Origin: Candidatus Methylomirabilia bacterium
GTDB lineage: Bacteria > Methylomirabilota > Methylomirabilia > Rokubacteriales > CSP1-6
Reading direction: 5' to 3'
Length of the DNA: 64,000 nucleotides
Assembly: GCA_041490825.1 (NCBI GenBank)
Contig: JBGPTW010000002.1
Location: 28,445 to 92,444 of the forward strand
Position 1 is the first letter of the stretch. Each line of letters begins with the position of its first letter. The notes under the pieces are model-generated. The model made no database searches. It saw only the letters and a program-made list of their open reading frames with translations, and had not been told where the DNA came from. The position numbers and the translations under genes are program-made. Positions 12,069-21,382 of this stretch are shown piece after piece.

Positions 12069-12953
12069 ATGCGCGTGCTGCTGGCCACCGATGGATCCGA
12101 CGATGCGCGGACGGCGACCGAATGGCTGAGCGCGTTTCCCCTCGCGCCGTCGACGAAGGCGCTCGTCGTGACGGTGGCTCTACCGCCTCCGTCGGCGCTC
12201 GACATTCCCACCGTCCGGGAGTTCAAGCACGAGATGGCCGAAGCCGCTCGCGTCGTGGCCGAGAGCGCGCGCGTCGTCCTCGCGCGCCGATGGGATGCCG
12301 AGGCGGTCGTTCTCGAAGGCGATCCTCGCGAGACGATCGCCGCGACGGCGAACGCGTGGTCGGCCGACATCGTCGTGGTCGGCGCTCGAGGGCTCGGCAC
12401 CTTCAAGCGGTTTCTCCTCGGCAGTGTTTCGAGCGCCATCGCACGGCACGTGCATTGCCCCGTTCTCGTCGTGAAGGGCCGGCCGGCGTCGCTTCGTACC
12501 GCGCTCGTCGCCATCGACGGCTCGCCGGACTCGATGGCGGCAGCCCGGTTCCTGGCCGCGCTCCCACTCGAGCGAACACTGACGGTGCGATTGCTGACGG
12601 CCATCGAGGGTCCGCAGTACCCGAGCGCGATCCCCGGGATCCTGGCCAAGACGCTGCACGCGGCGCTGGACGAGCTGGTGCGGGAGCAGGCGGCCGACGC
12701 CGAGAAAATTCTCGCCCGGGTCGGATCGGATTTCGTCGGACCGGCCGCGGTGATTCGGCGTGACGTGGTCGTGGGTCCGGCGGCCGACGAGATCATCCAG
12801 GCCGCGGCGGACGCGGGCGTGGATCTCGTCGTGGTCGGTGCGCGCGGGCTCGGGCCCATCGGCAAGCTCCTGCTCGGCAGCGTGTCCGAGAAAGTGCTGC
12901 ATCACGTCGACTGCCCCGTGCTGATCGTGAAGGGGCGCGAAGGGATCCCGTGA
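12069..12953 (+). CDS. Universal stress protein with tandem Usp domains
   Basis: MRVLLATDGSDD...VVGARGLGTFKRFLLGSVSSAIARHVHCPVLVV and second repeat ...VVGARGLGPIGKLLLGSVSEKVLHHVDCPVLIV; AAGGAGAG SD 5 nt upstream of ATG. Confidence 0.85.
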   Translation: MRVLLATDGSDDARTATEWLSAFPLAPSTKALVVTVALPPPSALDIPTVREFKHEMAEAARVVAESARVVLARRWDAEAVVLEGDPRETIAATANAWSADIVVVGARGLGTFKRFLLGSVSSAIARHVHCPVLVVKGRPASLRTALVAIDGSPDSMAAARFLAALPLERTLTVRLLTAIEGPQYPSAIPGILAKTLHAALDELVREQAADAEKILARVGSDFVGPAAVIRRDVVVGPAADEIIQAAADAGVDLVVVGARGLGPIGKLLLGSVSEKVLHHVDCPVLIVKGREGIP

Positions 12954-12997
12954 AGTACACTGTTCGCCATTCCTGGCGCGGCTGAGAGAGGTGAGCC

Positions 12998-13114
12998 ATG
13001 GTCCACGCGATCCGTGATCAGTGGGTGATCGCGGTCGCGATCGTCGCGGTGCTGGCGATCGCCATCTGGCTGCTGGCGGACCAGTGGCTGACTCGCCGCC
13101 GAGGCGGCAGGTGA
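12998..13114 (+). CDS. Possible 38-aa single-TM peptide upstream of ftsH
   Basis: MVHAIRDQWVIAVAIVAVLAIAIWLLADQWLTRRRGGR; GAGAGAGGTGAG SD; hydrophobic core; below the ORF-track size cutoff. Confidence 0.3.
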   Translation: MVHAIRDQWVIAVAIVAVLAIAIWLLADQWLTRRRGGR

Positions 13115-13130
13115 CGACGCCGCGGTGACG

Positions 13131-14984
13131 ATGGAACCCAAGCAGCGGAGGTTCTCGATCGGCTACCTCGTGATCGCCCTGATCGCGATGGTCGTCCTGC
13201 AGTCGGTCCTGTTCGCCCCTCACGCGGAGACGCTGTCGTACAGCGAGTTCAAGACGCTCGTGAGGAAGGGCAAGGTCAGCAACCTCACGCTCGACAAGCA
13301 GACCATCAGCGGCTCGCTGGCCAGCGAGGGACTCGAGGGTCTCCTCCCGAAAGAGAAGCTCGATGAGCTGAAGCGCCTGGGGGCCGGAGCGCACCCGTTC
13401 GTCACGACGCGCGTCGACGATCCCGGGCTGGTGGCGGAACTCGAGCAGGCGAGCGTCAAGTTCACGGGACGGGTGGAGAACACGTGGCTCTCGGCCCTGC
13501 TCTCCTGGGTACTTCCCGCCGTGGTGTTCGTTGGCGTCTGGCTTCTCGTCATGCGGAGGTTCGGCCCGCAGCAAGGGCTCATGGCCATCGGCAAGAGCAA
13601 GGCGAAGGTCTACGTCGAACACGAGACGGGCGTGACGTTCAACGACGTCGCGGGCATCGACGAGGCGCGCGGCGAGCTGATGGAGGTCGTGGACTTTCTC
13701 AAGAACCCCGATCGCTACCGGCGCCTCGGCGGGAAGATCCCGAAGGGCGTGCTCATCGTGGGCGCGCCCGGCACCGGCAAGACGCTGCTGGCCAAGGCCG
13801 TCGCCGGCGAGGCCGGTGTCCCCTTCTTCAGCTTGAGCGGCGCCGACTTCGTGGAGATGTTCGTCGGCGTGGGCGCCGCGCGCGTGCGCGACCTCTTCGC
13901 CCAGGCCCAGGAAAGAGCTCCGAGCATCATCTTCATCGACGAGCTGGATGCCTTGGGGAAGGCGCGCGGCATCAGTCCGATCGTGGGCGGTCACGACGAG
14001 CGCGAGCAAACGCTGAATCAACTGCTCGCGGAGATGGACGGCTTCGACACCCGGAAGGGCGTCATGATCATGGCGGCGACCAACCGGCCGGAAATCCTCG
14101 ACCCCGCGCTGCTGCGGCCCGGCCGCTTCGATCGCCAGGTCGTGCTCGACCGGCCCGACCTCAACGGTCGGGAGAAAATTCTTCGCGTGCATGTCCGCGA
14201 CGTCAAGCTGGCCCCGGGCCTCGACCTAGGGCGGGTGGCGGCCCGGACCCCCGGCTTCGTCGGCGCCGATCTCGCCAACCTCGTCAACGAAGCAGCCCTC
14301 CACGCCGCCCGGCAGGAGAAGGACGCGGTCGACATGGCCGACTTCGACGAGGCCATCGATCGCGTGGTGGGTGGGCTCGAGCGCAAGTCGCGCGTGATCA
14401 ACCCGAAGGAAAAGGAGATCGTCGCCTACCACGAAGCGGGCCATGCGCTGGTCGCAGAATCGCGCGAGCACGCGGATCGCGTCGCGAAGATCTCCGTGAT
14501 TCCCAGGGGCGTGGCCGCGCTCGGGTACACGCAGCAGCAGCCGACCGAGGATCGGTACCTGATGACTCGCACCGAGCTCCTGGAGCGGCTCGACGTGTTG
14601 CTCGGTGGCCGGGTCGCGGAAGAGCTGATCTTCGGCGACATCTCGACGGGCGCGCAGGACGATCTCCAGCGCGCCACCGACATGGCGCGCCACATGGTCG
14701 CGCGCTACGGGATGAGCGAGGCGCTCGGCCTCGCGACGTTCGAGGCCCCACGCCAGGCGCTCTTCCTCAATGTTCCATCCCCGGCCCAGCGGGAGTACAG
14801 CGAGGAGACCGCGCGGCGCATCGACGCCGAGATCCAGATGCTCCTCGAGACGGCGCACGGGCGCGTTCGCGAGACGTTGACCGCCAAGCGTGAGGTGCTC
14901 ACGTCGCTCGCCAAGCTGCTCATCGAGAAAGAAGTCGTGAGCCGGGCCGACCTCACCGCGCTCCTGGCGTCCGCGAACCCCTGA
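13131..14984 (+). CDS. ftsH: ATP-dependent zinc metalloprotease FtsH
   Basis: N-terminal TM segments, AAA module [26 protein letters not shown] region, M41 zinc motif HEAGHALV; alternative GTG start at 13125. Confidence 0.95.
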   Translation: MEPKQRRFSIGYLVIALIAMVVLQSVLFAPHAETLSYSEFKTLVRKGKVSNLTLDKQTISGSLASEGLEGLLPKEKLDELKRLGAGAHPFVTTRVDDPGLVAELEQASVKFTGRVENTWLSALLSWVLPAVVFVGVWLLVMRRFGPQQGLMAIGKSKAKVYVEHETGVTFNDVAGIDEARGELMEVVDFLKNPDRYRRLGGKIPKGVLIVGAPGTGKTLLAKAVAGEAGVPFFSLSGADFVEMFVGVGAARVRDLFAQAQERAPSIIFIDELDALGKARGISPIVGGHDEREQTLNQLLAEMDGFDTRKGVMIMAATNRPEILDPALLRPGRFDRQVVLDRPDLNGREKILRVHVRDVKLAPGLDLGRVAARTPGFVGADLANLVNEAALHAARQEKDAVDMADFDEAIDRVVGGLERKSRVINPKEKEIVAYHEAGHALVAESREHADRVAKISVIPRGVAALGYTQQQPTEDRYLMTRTELLERLDVLLGGRVAEELIFGDISTGAQDDLQRATDMARHMVARYGMSEALGLATFEAPRQALFLNVPSPAQREYSEETARRIDAEIQMLLETAHGRVRETLTAKREVLTSLAKLLIEKEVVSRADLTALLASANP

Positions 14985-15163
14985 CGCTCTGTTCTCTCGA
15001 ACGAAACGCGTGTCCGAGAACCACGGGAGTCGCTCCAGTCACATGACGTGATGAGGCGGAGGCGCGACACCGGGGCAACCAGACCCCAGCCGAGAACCTC
15101 GTGTCCCGGGACCCGTGAGGAGACCGTGAAGCAAGGAGACCAAACGGCTCCGATCGTGCTACG

Positions 15164-15182
15164 ATATCGGCTACCGATATCA
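15164..15182. promoter_or_regulatory. Perfect inverted repeat GATATCGG-CTA-CCGATATC overlapping the padR ribosome-binding region (candidate PadR autoregulatory operator)
   Basis: 8-bp arms are exact reverse complements, 3-bp spacer, 6 nt upstream of the padR ATG; unusually AT-rich for this genome. Confidence 0.4.
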
Positions 15183-15187
15183 ACGTC

Positions 15188-15553
15188 ATGCTGCGTGACT
15201 TCTTCCTCGGCTTCATCAAGATCCACATCCTCTACCATGCTGCCGAGGAGCCGCTCTATGGCCTGGCCCTCATCGAGGAGCTGCGTCGGCACGGGTATGC
15301 GCTGAGCGCGGGCACGCTCTATCCCATCCTCCACAGCCTCGAAGCATCCGGGTATCTGCGCCACGAGGATCGCGTGGTCGGCGGGAAAGTGCGGAAGTAC
15401 TACACGATCACCGCCGAGGGACACCGGGCCTTGACCGCGGCGCGGGCGAAGATCGTCGAGCTCATGGATGAACTGCTCGGGGGCCGGAGACCGGCCGCCA
15501 CGAGGATCAGCAGGCGCAATGCGCGGCCGCACCGGGCTGCGCATTCTCGATGA
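15188..15553 (+). CDS. PadR-family transcriptional regulator
   Basis: FIKIHILYHAAEEPLYGLALIEELRRHGYALSAGTLYPILHSLEASGYL...KYYTITAEG: PadR winged-helix signature; ATGA overlap with chrA. Confidence 0.85.
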   Translation: MLRDFFLGFIKIHILYHAAEEPLYGLALIEELRRHGYALSAGTLYPILHSLEASGYLRHEDRVVGGKVRKYYTITAEGHRALTAARAKIVELMDELLGGRRPAATRISRRNARPHRAAHSR

Positions 15554-16707
15554 ACTCGCCGAGCTCCCCGCCTTCCGGATCGGTCCGCGAAGTTGCGGAG
15601 CTGTTCGCGAAGCTCGGCCTGATCGCGTTCGGTGGCCCGGCGGCGCACATCGCGCTCATGCGCGACGAGGTCGTCAAGCGCCGGCGCTGGGTGACCGATC
15701 AGGAATTCCTCGATCTGCTCGGCGCGAGCAACCTCATCCCCGGACCCACGTCGACCGAGCTCGCGATCTATCTTGGCTACGTGCGCGCCGGATGGCGGGG
15801 GCTCGTGCTCGCTGGCACGCTCTTCATCGCACCGGCGACGCTGAGCGTCCTTGCCATCGCGTGGGTATACGCACGCTATGGGTCAACGCCTGGAGCGGAG
15901 TGGCTTCTGTACGGCATCAAGCCGGTCGTCATCGGGATCGTGATCATCGCCTTGTGGGGACTCCTCCAGACGGCGGTGAAGGGCGTGCTCTTCGGCGTCG
16001 TCGGTGTCGCCGCGCTCTCCTTGTTCCTGCTCGGCGTCAACCCGATCGTGGTTCTCTTCGGTGGTGGTCTGGTGATGCTGCTGGCGCGGCGCGTGAAACG
16101 ACTCGGCGGAATCAGCCTCGTGGCGCTCGCCTTGTCAAGCGTCGCGACGGGTCCGGCGAGTGCGTCGACTCCTTATAGCCTTGGCCTGCTCGCACTGTAC
16201 TTCCTCAAGATCGGCGCCGTCGTGTATGGCAGCGGCTACGTTCTGCTCGCGTTCCTGCGTGCCGACTTCGTCGAGCGCCTCGGCTGGCTCACCGACCATC
16301 AGTTGATCGATGCCGTCGCCGTTGGTCAGTTCACTCCAGGCCCGGTGTTCACGACCGCCACGTTCATTGGTTACCTCGTCGGGGGTGTTCCCGGCGCGGT
16401 CGTGGCAACGGTGGCGATCTTCATCCCGTCGTTTCTGCTCGTGGCCGCGATCTCTCCGCTCGTGCCGCGACTGCGGCGCGCGGCGGCGACGAGCGCGATC
16501 CTGGACGGCGTGAACGTGGCGGCGCTCGGCTTGATGGCCGGCGTCACGTGGCAACTGGCGCGCGCCTCCGTCATCGACGGCGTCACCGCAGCCCTGGCGC
16601 TGCTTGCAACGCTCGCCCTCGGCCGTTTCAGAATCAATTCCGTCTGGCTGATCGTCGCCGGTGCCGTGATCGGAGTCGCGGTGCACCTCGTCGGCTGGAC
16701 GAAATGA
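15550..16707 (+). CDS. chrA: Chromate ion transporter ChrA (full-length, two CHR domains)
   Basis: FGGPAAHIALMRDEVVKRRRWVTDQEFLDLLGASNLIPGPTSTELAIYLGY in first half and repeated FTPGPVFTTATFIGY in second half; about 10 TM helices. Confidence 0.9.
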   Translation: MNSPSSPPSGSVREVAELFAKLGLIAFGGPAAHIALMRDEVVKRRRWVTDQEFLDLLGASNLIPGPTSTELAIYLGYVRAGWRGLVLAGTLFIAPATLSVLAIAWVYARYGSTPGAEWLLYGIKPVVIGIVIIALWGLLQTAVKGVLFGVVGVAALSLFLLGVNPIVVLFGGGLVMLLARRVKRLGGISLVALALSSVATGPASASTPYSLGLLALYFLKIGAVVYGSGYVLLAFLRADFVERLGWLTDHQLIDAVAVGQFTPGPVFTTATFIGYLVGGVPGAVVATVAIFIPSFLLVAAISPLVPRLRRAAATSAILDGVNVAALGLMAGVTWQLARASVIDGVTAALALLATLALGRFRINSVWLIVAGAVIGVAVHLVGWTK

Positions 16708-16825
16708 CGCCCCAGCTGGGGCCGCCTTGCCCCTACGCTCGGTGGTGACGGTCCTCGTTAACTCGCGTCGCAATTGACATTCCCAACCGCGGCGATTGGT
16801 ACACCGCGTGCACCTCTCGGACGGC

Positions 16826-17254
16826 ATGCGGAAATCGATCGGGATCGTGATCGGGATCCTGGCTGTGCTCGGCGCGATGGCGGCATGGGCCGAAGACGTG
16901 AAGGTCGAGGCGCCTCCGCCGACGCGCGAGCCGCGCATCATCGCTCCAGGATTGCTCTACGAGCGACGTCCGACCGACGAGAACTACTACCCGGGCGGTG
17001 GTCCGGTCGTCCCCGACGATCCCGCCTTCATCCGACCATTCACGATCGCCGTGGAGACGCCTGACTCGACGGGACGCATGGGCCTCTCGGGCTGGACGTT
17101 GCCGAACACACCCGTCGGCCCCTCCGGCGCTGGCCTTCGCGAGAGCAACGGCTGGCTCGGTTTCGGCTTCACGTGGACGTGGGGCGGACCACCGCCGGGC
17201 TTGCGACACATCGGCCCGGCCGACAATCAACCGGGACGACTCAACGCTCCGTAG
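16826..17254 (+). CDS. Secreted Pro/Gly-rich hypothetical protein
   Basis: Signal peptide MRKSIGIVIGILAVLGAMAAWA; no recognisable domain. Confidence 0.5.
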   Translation: MRKSIGIVIGILAVLGAMAAWAEDVKVEAPPPTREPRIIAPGLLYERRPTDENYYPGGGPVVPDDPAFIRPFTIAVETPDSTGRMGLSGWTLPNTPVGPSGAGLRESNGWLGFGFTWTWGGPPPGLRHIGPADNQPGRLNAP

Positions 17255-17304
17255 ATCGCCGGCGCGATCAGCGCTGCCGCCGCGGCAAGAACAAGGAGAC
17301 CGCA

Positions 17305-17979
17305 ATGACCCAGGTGATGAAGAAGACTGATACGCAGATCCATCATGACGTGCTTGAAGAGCTCAAATGGGACTCCCGCGTCGACGAGACGGAGGTCGGA
17401 GTCGAAGTCGACCGCGGCGTCGTCACCTTGACCGGCACAGTGACGAGCTGGGCCAAGCGCGGCGCCGCCGAGGAAGCGGCCCATCGCGTGATCGGCGTCC
17501 TCGACGTGGCGAACGACATCGTGGTGAAGCTGCCGGGCGGGTACAGCCAGAGCGATACGGAAATCGCGCAGGCCGTGCGCCGGGCTCTCGAGTGGGACGT
17601 GTTCGTCCCAGAGGAGAAGATCAGCTCCACCGTCTCCGACGGCTGGGTCACGCTCGAGGGGACCGTCGAGCGCTGGAGTCAGCGCGAGGACGCAGCGCGC
17701 GCGGTCCGCAATCTCATGGGCGTGAGAGGCGTGGTGAACAAGATCGCGGTCACGCCCGCCAAGCCGGTGACCGAGGACGTCCGGAAGGCCATCGAGCAGG
17801 TCCTGGAGCGGCGCGCCGAGCGTGAGGCGAAGCGGATCCGCGTCGATATCCGGGACGGCACGGTGACGCTGACCGGACCCGTCCATTCGTGGGCGGAGCG
17901 AAAATCGATGCTCGCGGCCGCGCGCTTCACCCCCGGCGTCCGGGCCGTCGAGGATCATCTGCGCGTGGAACCGGTGTGA
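17305..17979 (+). CDS. BON-domain protein (two BON domains, OsmY-like)
   Basis: Repeated ...DSRVDETEVGVEVDRGVVTLTGTVTS... and ...IRVDIRDGTVTLTGPVHSWAERK... BON signatures; AAGGAGA SD. Confidence 0.85.
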   Translation: MTQVMKKTDTQIHHDVLEELKWDSRVDETEVGVEVDRGVVTLTGTVTSWAKRGAAEEAAHRVIGVLDVANDIVVKLPGGYSQSDTEIAQAVRRALEWDVFVPEEKISSTVSDGWVTLEGTVERWSQREDAARAVRNLMGVRGVVNKIAVTPAKPVTEDVRKAIEQVLERRAEREAKRIRVDIRDGTVTLTGPVHSWAERKSMLAAARFTPGVRAVEDHLRVEPV

Positions 17980-17988
17980 GCCGAGATC

Positions 17989-18351
17989 GTGGCCATGACC
18001 GCGACGACGCAGATCCGAATCGAAGGGAACGTGGGCCATCCGATCCCGCGAAGTCACATCACGACCCGGCTGAGCCGAGCGCTCGGCCGTCGACCACTCG
18101 CTCCGGTGACAGCTCACGTCACGTTCTCGGACGTAAACGGTCCCAAAGGCGGTGAGGATATCCGGTGCGCCGTGCTGGTGGAGGTGCCCCACCAGCCGGC
18201 GATCCGTGTCGAGCGAGTCGCCGCATCCCCGCGCGTGGCGTTCGACGAGAGCTGCGACCGGATCATCCGGCAGCTCGAGCGTTCCCGGGAGCGGTGGCAG
18301 GATGGCCGCCGGCATCCGAAGAAGTACTACGTGGCCAAGCGTTTGCTATGA
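17989..18351 (+). CDS. Ribosome hibernation factor HPF/RaiA-family protein
   Basis: TQIRIEGNVGHPIPRSHITTRLSRAL...VTFSDVNGPKGGEDIRCAVLVEV...RVERVAASPRVAFDESCDRIIRQLER matches the S30AE/HPF fold pattern (q-i-i-G-n, gpkgg-d-c-i-v, A-D-a-d-l-rqL). Confidence 0.75.
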   Translation: MAMTATTQIRIEGNVGHPIPRSHITTRLSRALGRRPLAPVTAHVTFSDVNGPKGGEDIRCAVLVEVPHQPAIRVERVAASPRVAFDESCDRIIRQLERSRERWQDGRRHPKKYYVAKRLL

Positions 18352-18387
18352 GCATGGCTACCCTGACCTGAGGCCAGGAAGAAGGAA

Positions 18388-18711
18388 GTGAATCACATGA
18401 AGCTGTGGACGATCGTGCTCGGTGTAGCGTTGACCGGCGCAGTCACGACGGCGTCTGCGCAGAGCGCGTCGCTGGTCGAGCAGGGCAAGGCGGCGTTCGT
18501 CAATCAGGGCTGTTACGGCTGCCACACGCTTGGAAAGACCGGGACGCCGATCGCTCCGGATCTGTTTCACGTCGGCGCGAAGCATGACCACGCCTACCTC
18601 ACGCGCTGGCTCCAGGACCCGTCGAGCCAGGAGCCGGCTCACATGCCGAAGCTCCAGCTCACCGAACCGGAGGTCGCTGCGCTGGCGGCGTATCTGTCGT
18701 CGCTCCAGTAG
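18388..18711 (+). CDS. Periplasmic c-type cytochrome (mono-heme)
   Basis: Signal peptide MKLWTIVLGVALTGAVTTASA, heme-binding CYGCH, distal Met (HMPKL). Confidence 0.8.
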   Translation: MNHMKLWTIVLGVALTGAVTTASAQSASLVEQGKAAFVNQGCYGCHTLGKTGTPIAPDLFHVGAKHDHAYLTRWLQDPSSQEPAHMPKLQLTEPEVAALAAYLSSLQ

Positions 18712-18761
18712 CGATGGCGTGATGATCACAGTGTCCGCGACCGAGATCGCAGGAGGGCAGC

Positions 18762-18911
18762 ATGGGAATCAGACGTAGCACCGTGCGGAACAAGAAATCG
18801 AAGCGACCGGCGGCTGCCATTGCCGTGAAGCGGGACGACGTGCTCCGGAACGCGACACGCGGGCAAGCGCGCGCGAGTGGCGGGCGGCGACGTCAAGCGT
18901 CAGGCCCGTAG
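18762..18911 (+). CDS. Possible 49-aa very basic small protein
   Basis: AGGAGGG SD 5 nt upstream of ATG; MGIRRSTVRNKKSKRPAAAIAVKRDDVLRNATRGQARASGGRRRQASGP; below ORF-track cutoff; speculative. Confidence 0.25.
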   Translation: MGIRRSTVRNKKSKRPAAAIAVKRDDVLRNATRGQARASGGRRRQASGP

Positions 18912-21382
18912 AGATCTTCGCTCGAGCACGGCGCGCCCTCGGCGCAGTGCCCGCGTCGCTGGACCCTCAGCATGAACCGGTCACTGGAGAGCGACAGACC
19001 GGCCAGCGCCAGCGACGCGGCGCCGAGCGCCGACAGTGCCATGATCGGCGTGGGCGGGACGACGTCGAAGAGCTCGCGCGTGAACGGTAGCGCGAGGACC
19101 ACGACGTAGATCCCGAAGAGAGCAAGACACAGCAGGACGATCCAGGCACGTCTCCACTGGCGTCCGTTGCCTTCCAGGACCAGCACGAGGTAGAGGCCCA
19201 CCAGGACGAGCGTCGTGACGGAGACGCTGCGCGCCTCGAGGAGCGGGAGACGCAGGACGTCGCGCGCAAACAGGAAGCTCGAGACGACCGCGAGACCGGC
19301 AGCAGTGCCGGCCGGGATCGAAAACCGGGCGATGTCGCGCAGGAATCCGGGATGCCGCCAGGCGCCGGCGCTCGGTGCCAGGGCGAGGAAGAACGCCGGA
19401 ATGCCGATGGTGAGCGCCGCGGCCAGGGTCAGATGTCGCGAGAGGAACGGGTACGCGTGGGGCGTGATCCCGACGGTGAGGATCACGAACGCCGCGAAGA
19501 CCGACTTCGTGACGAAGAGCTTGCTGACGCGTTGCAGGTTCCGGAGCGCCTGCCGCCCCTCGGCCAGCAGTGCGGGCACCGCGGCGAAATCGCCGCGAAT
19601 CAGCACGAGGTCCGCCACGGCCTTCGCCATCTCGGTGCCGGTGCCGGGGGCGATGGCGAGATGGGCCGCCTTGAGGGCTGGCACGTCATTGACGCCGTCG
19701 CCGACCATGGTCACGTGCAACCCCGCGTCGCGGAGCGATTCGACGAGACGGCGCTTGTCATCGGGCGAGGCTCTTCCGATCACGGATGCTCCAAGGGCAA
19801 GCGTGCGGAGCGCTCCGAGATCGGCAGGCAATGTTCGGCCGTCCAGCGCGCCAGCTTCGCACGGGATCCCGGCGTCGGCAGCAATCGCAGCGACGGTCTC
19901 GGGAGCGTCGCCCGAGATCACCTTCAGCGTGACTCCGGCATCGCTGAACTGTCGCACCATCTCTCTCGTGTCGGGACGCAACCGCTCGGCGAGGACGATC
20001 AGCCCGAGCACCGTCAGCCCGGATGATGGGAGCGTATCGCCGAGCATATCGACCCCCAGAGACGTCGTGCCGATCGCCAGGACGCGCCGGCCCGCTCGCA
20101 TCCGTTGATCCGCGATCTCGGCGAGCGTGCCGAGCGGAAAGAGCTCGGGCGCGCCCAGCACGAATCCTTCCGCGCCCAGCCGCAGAGCGCTCCAGCGTCG
20201 ATGCGAGGAGAACGGAATCTCCGCGGTCGGCGGCTCCGCGGCAGCGGGCCAGGCTGTAGCGACGGCGACGAGCGTCGTGTTCCGACTCCGCGCGCTGGCG
20301 GCGTACCGACCGCACGCGCGCTCGAGCGCTTCCCGGGCGACGCCGGGAGCCGGGATGGTTTCCGTGACGTGGAGCGCGCGCTCGGTCAGCGTCCCCGTCT
20401 TGTCGACACAGATGACGTCCGTCGAGGCGAGGGACTCGATGGCGCTGAGCTGCTGCGCCAGGACGCCGCGACGGGCCATGCGCAGCGCGCCGATCGCGTA
20501 CGTCAGCCGCGTGAGGAGCACGAGCCCTTCCGGGACGAGCGGCACGATGGCGGCCACCGCGATCGTCACGGCATCAGAGAGACTCGGCCTTCGCTGCCAG
20601 AGCGAGTAGCCGAGGATCGCGCCGAGGGGCAGCATCACGGACACGAGCAGGAGCAGCAGGCGGTTCATGTCCCGTTCGAGCGGCGAGAGCGGATGTCGGA
20701 ACCGGCGCGCCTCGCCGGTCACGCGTTCGGCGTAGCTGTCCGGGCCGACGGCCGTGACCTCCAGGATGCCGGCGCCTTCGAGAACGAAGGCGCCGGAGTG
20801 CAGAGCGTGTCCGGCCGATGTCACGACCGGCTGCGACTCGCCGGTGAGCACCGACTCGTCGATGACCAAACGCTCGGCGGCGCGCAGGCGGCCGTCGGCG
20901 CTGATTCGATCGCCGGCCTCGAGCCGGACGAGGTCGCCGACGACGACCTCGCTCAACGGCAGACGTCTCGCCGTTCCGTCTCGGATGACCGTCGCGCTCG
21001 GCGCGACCAGCGCCGCTAGGCGGTCGAGGGCTCGCTTGGCGCGCGCCTCTTGCAGGATGCCGAGGCCGGCGTTGGTGATCAGGATGCCGACGAAGAGCGC
21101 ATCCTCGGCGTCGCCGAACGCGAAGGTGAGGACACCGAACACCGCGAGCACCACGTTGAATGTGGAGAAGACGTTGGCGAGCACGATGCTCGTGTACGAG
21201 CGGCTCGTCGAAGGATTCACGCCGTGGTTCCGGACACCGAGCCCATCAGGCGCCCTCCCTTCAGCCACTCGAGCACGAGGACGGGCCACAGGACGGCAAC
21301 GATCGAGACGAGCCAGTCCGACGCGGACAGTGGAATCGAGCCGAGCAGCCGGCTCGCCGGCGCCCACGAGATCGCCCACCAT
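18893..21382 (-). CDS. P2-type cation-transporting ATPase (paralog a of three)
   Basis: TGESQPV, phosphorylation site DKTGTLT, PEGL motif (IVPLVPEGLVLL), hinge MVGDGVNDVPALKAA. N-terminus uncertain: the full ORF to 21817 is low-complexity, and Met146 (21382) overlaps paralog b by about 165 nt. Confidence 0.8.
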   Translation of the reverse strand: MVGDLVGAGEPAARLDSTVRVGLARLDRCRPVARPRARVAEGRAPDGLGVRNHGVNPSTSRSYTSIVLANVFSTFNVVLAVFGVLTFAFGDAEDALFVGILITNAGLGILQEARAKRALDRLAALVAPSATVIRDGTARRLPLSEVVVGDLVRLEAGDRISADGRLRAAERLVIDESVLTGESQPVVTSAGHALHSGAFVLEGAGILEVTAVGPDSYAERVTGEARRFRHPLSPLERDMNRLLLLLVSVMLPLGAILGYSLWQRRPSLSDAVTIAVAAIVPLVPEGLVLLTRLTYAIGALRMARRGVLAQQLSAIESLASTDVICVDKTGTLTERALHVTETIPAPGVAREALERACGRYAASARSRNTTLVAVATAWPAAAEPPTAEIPFSSHRRWSALRLGAEGFVLGAPELFPLGTLAEIADQRMRAGRRVLAIGTTSLGVDMLGDTLPSSGLTVLGLIVLAERLRPDTREMVRQFSDAGVTLKVISGDAPETVAAIAADAGIPCEAGALDGRTLPADLGALRTLALGASVIGRASPDDKRRLVESLRDAGLHVTMVGDGVNDVPALKAAHLAIAPGTGTEMAKAVADLVLIRGDFAAVPALLAEGRQALRNLQRVSKLFVTKSVFAAFVILTVGITPHAYPFLSRHLTLAAALTIGIPAFFLALAPSAGAWRHPGFLRDIARFSIPAGTAAGLAVVSSFLFARDVLRLPLLEARSVSVTTLVLVGLYLVLVLEGNGRQWRRAWIVLLCLALFGIYVVVLALPFTRELFDVVPPTPIMALSALGAASLALAGLSLSSDRFMLRVQRRGHCAEGAPCSSEDLYGPDA

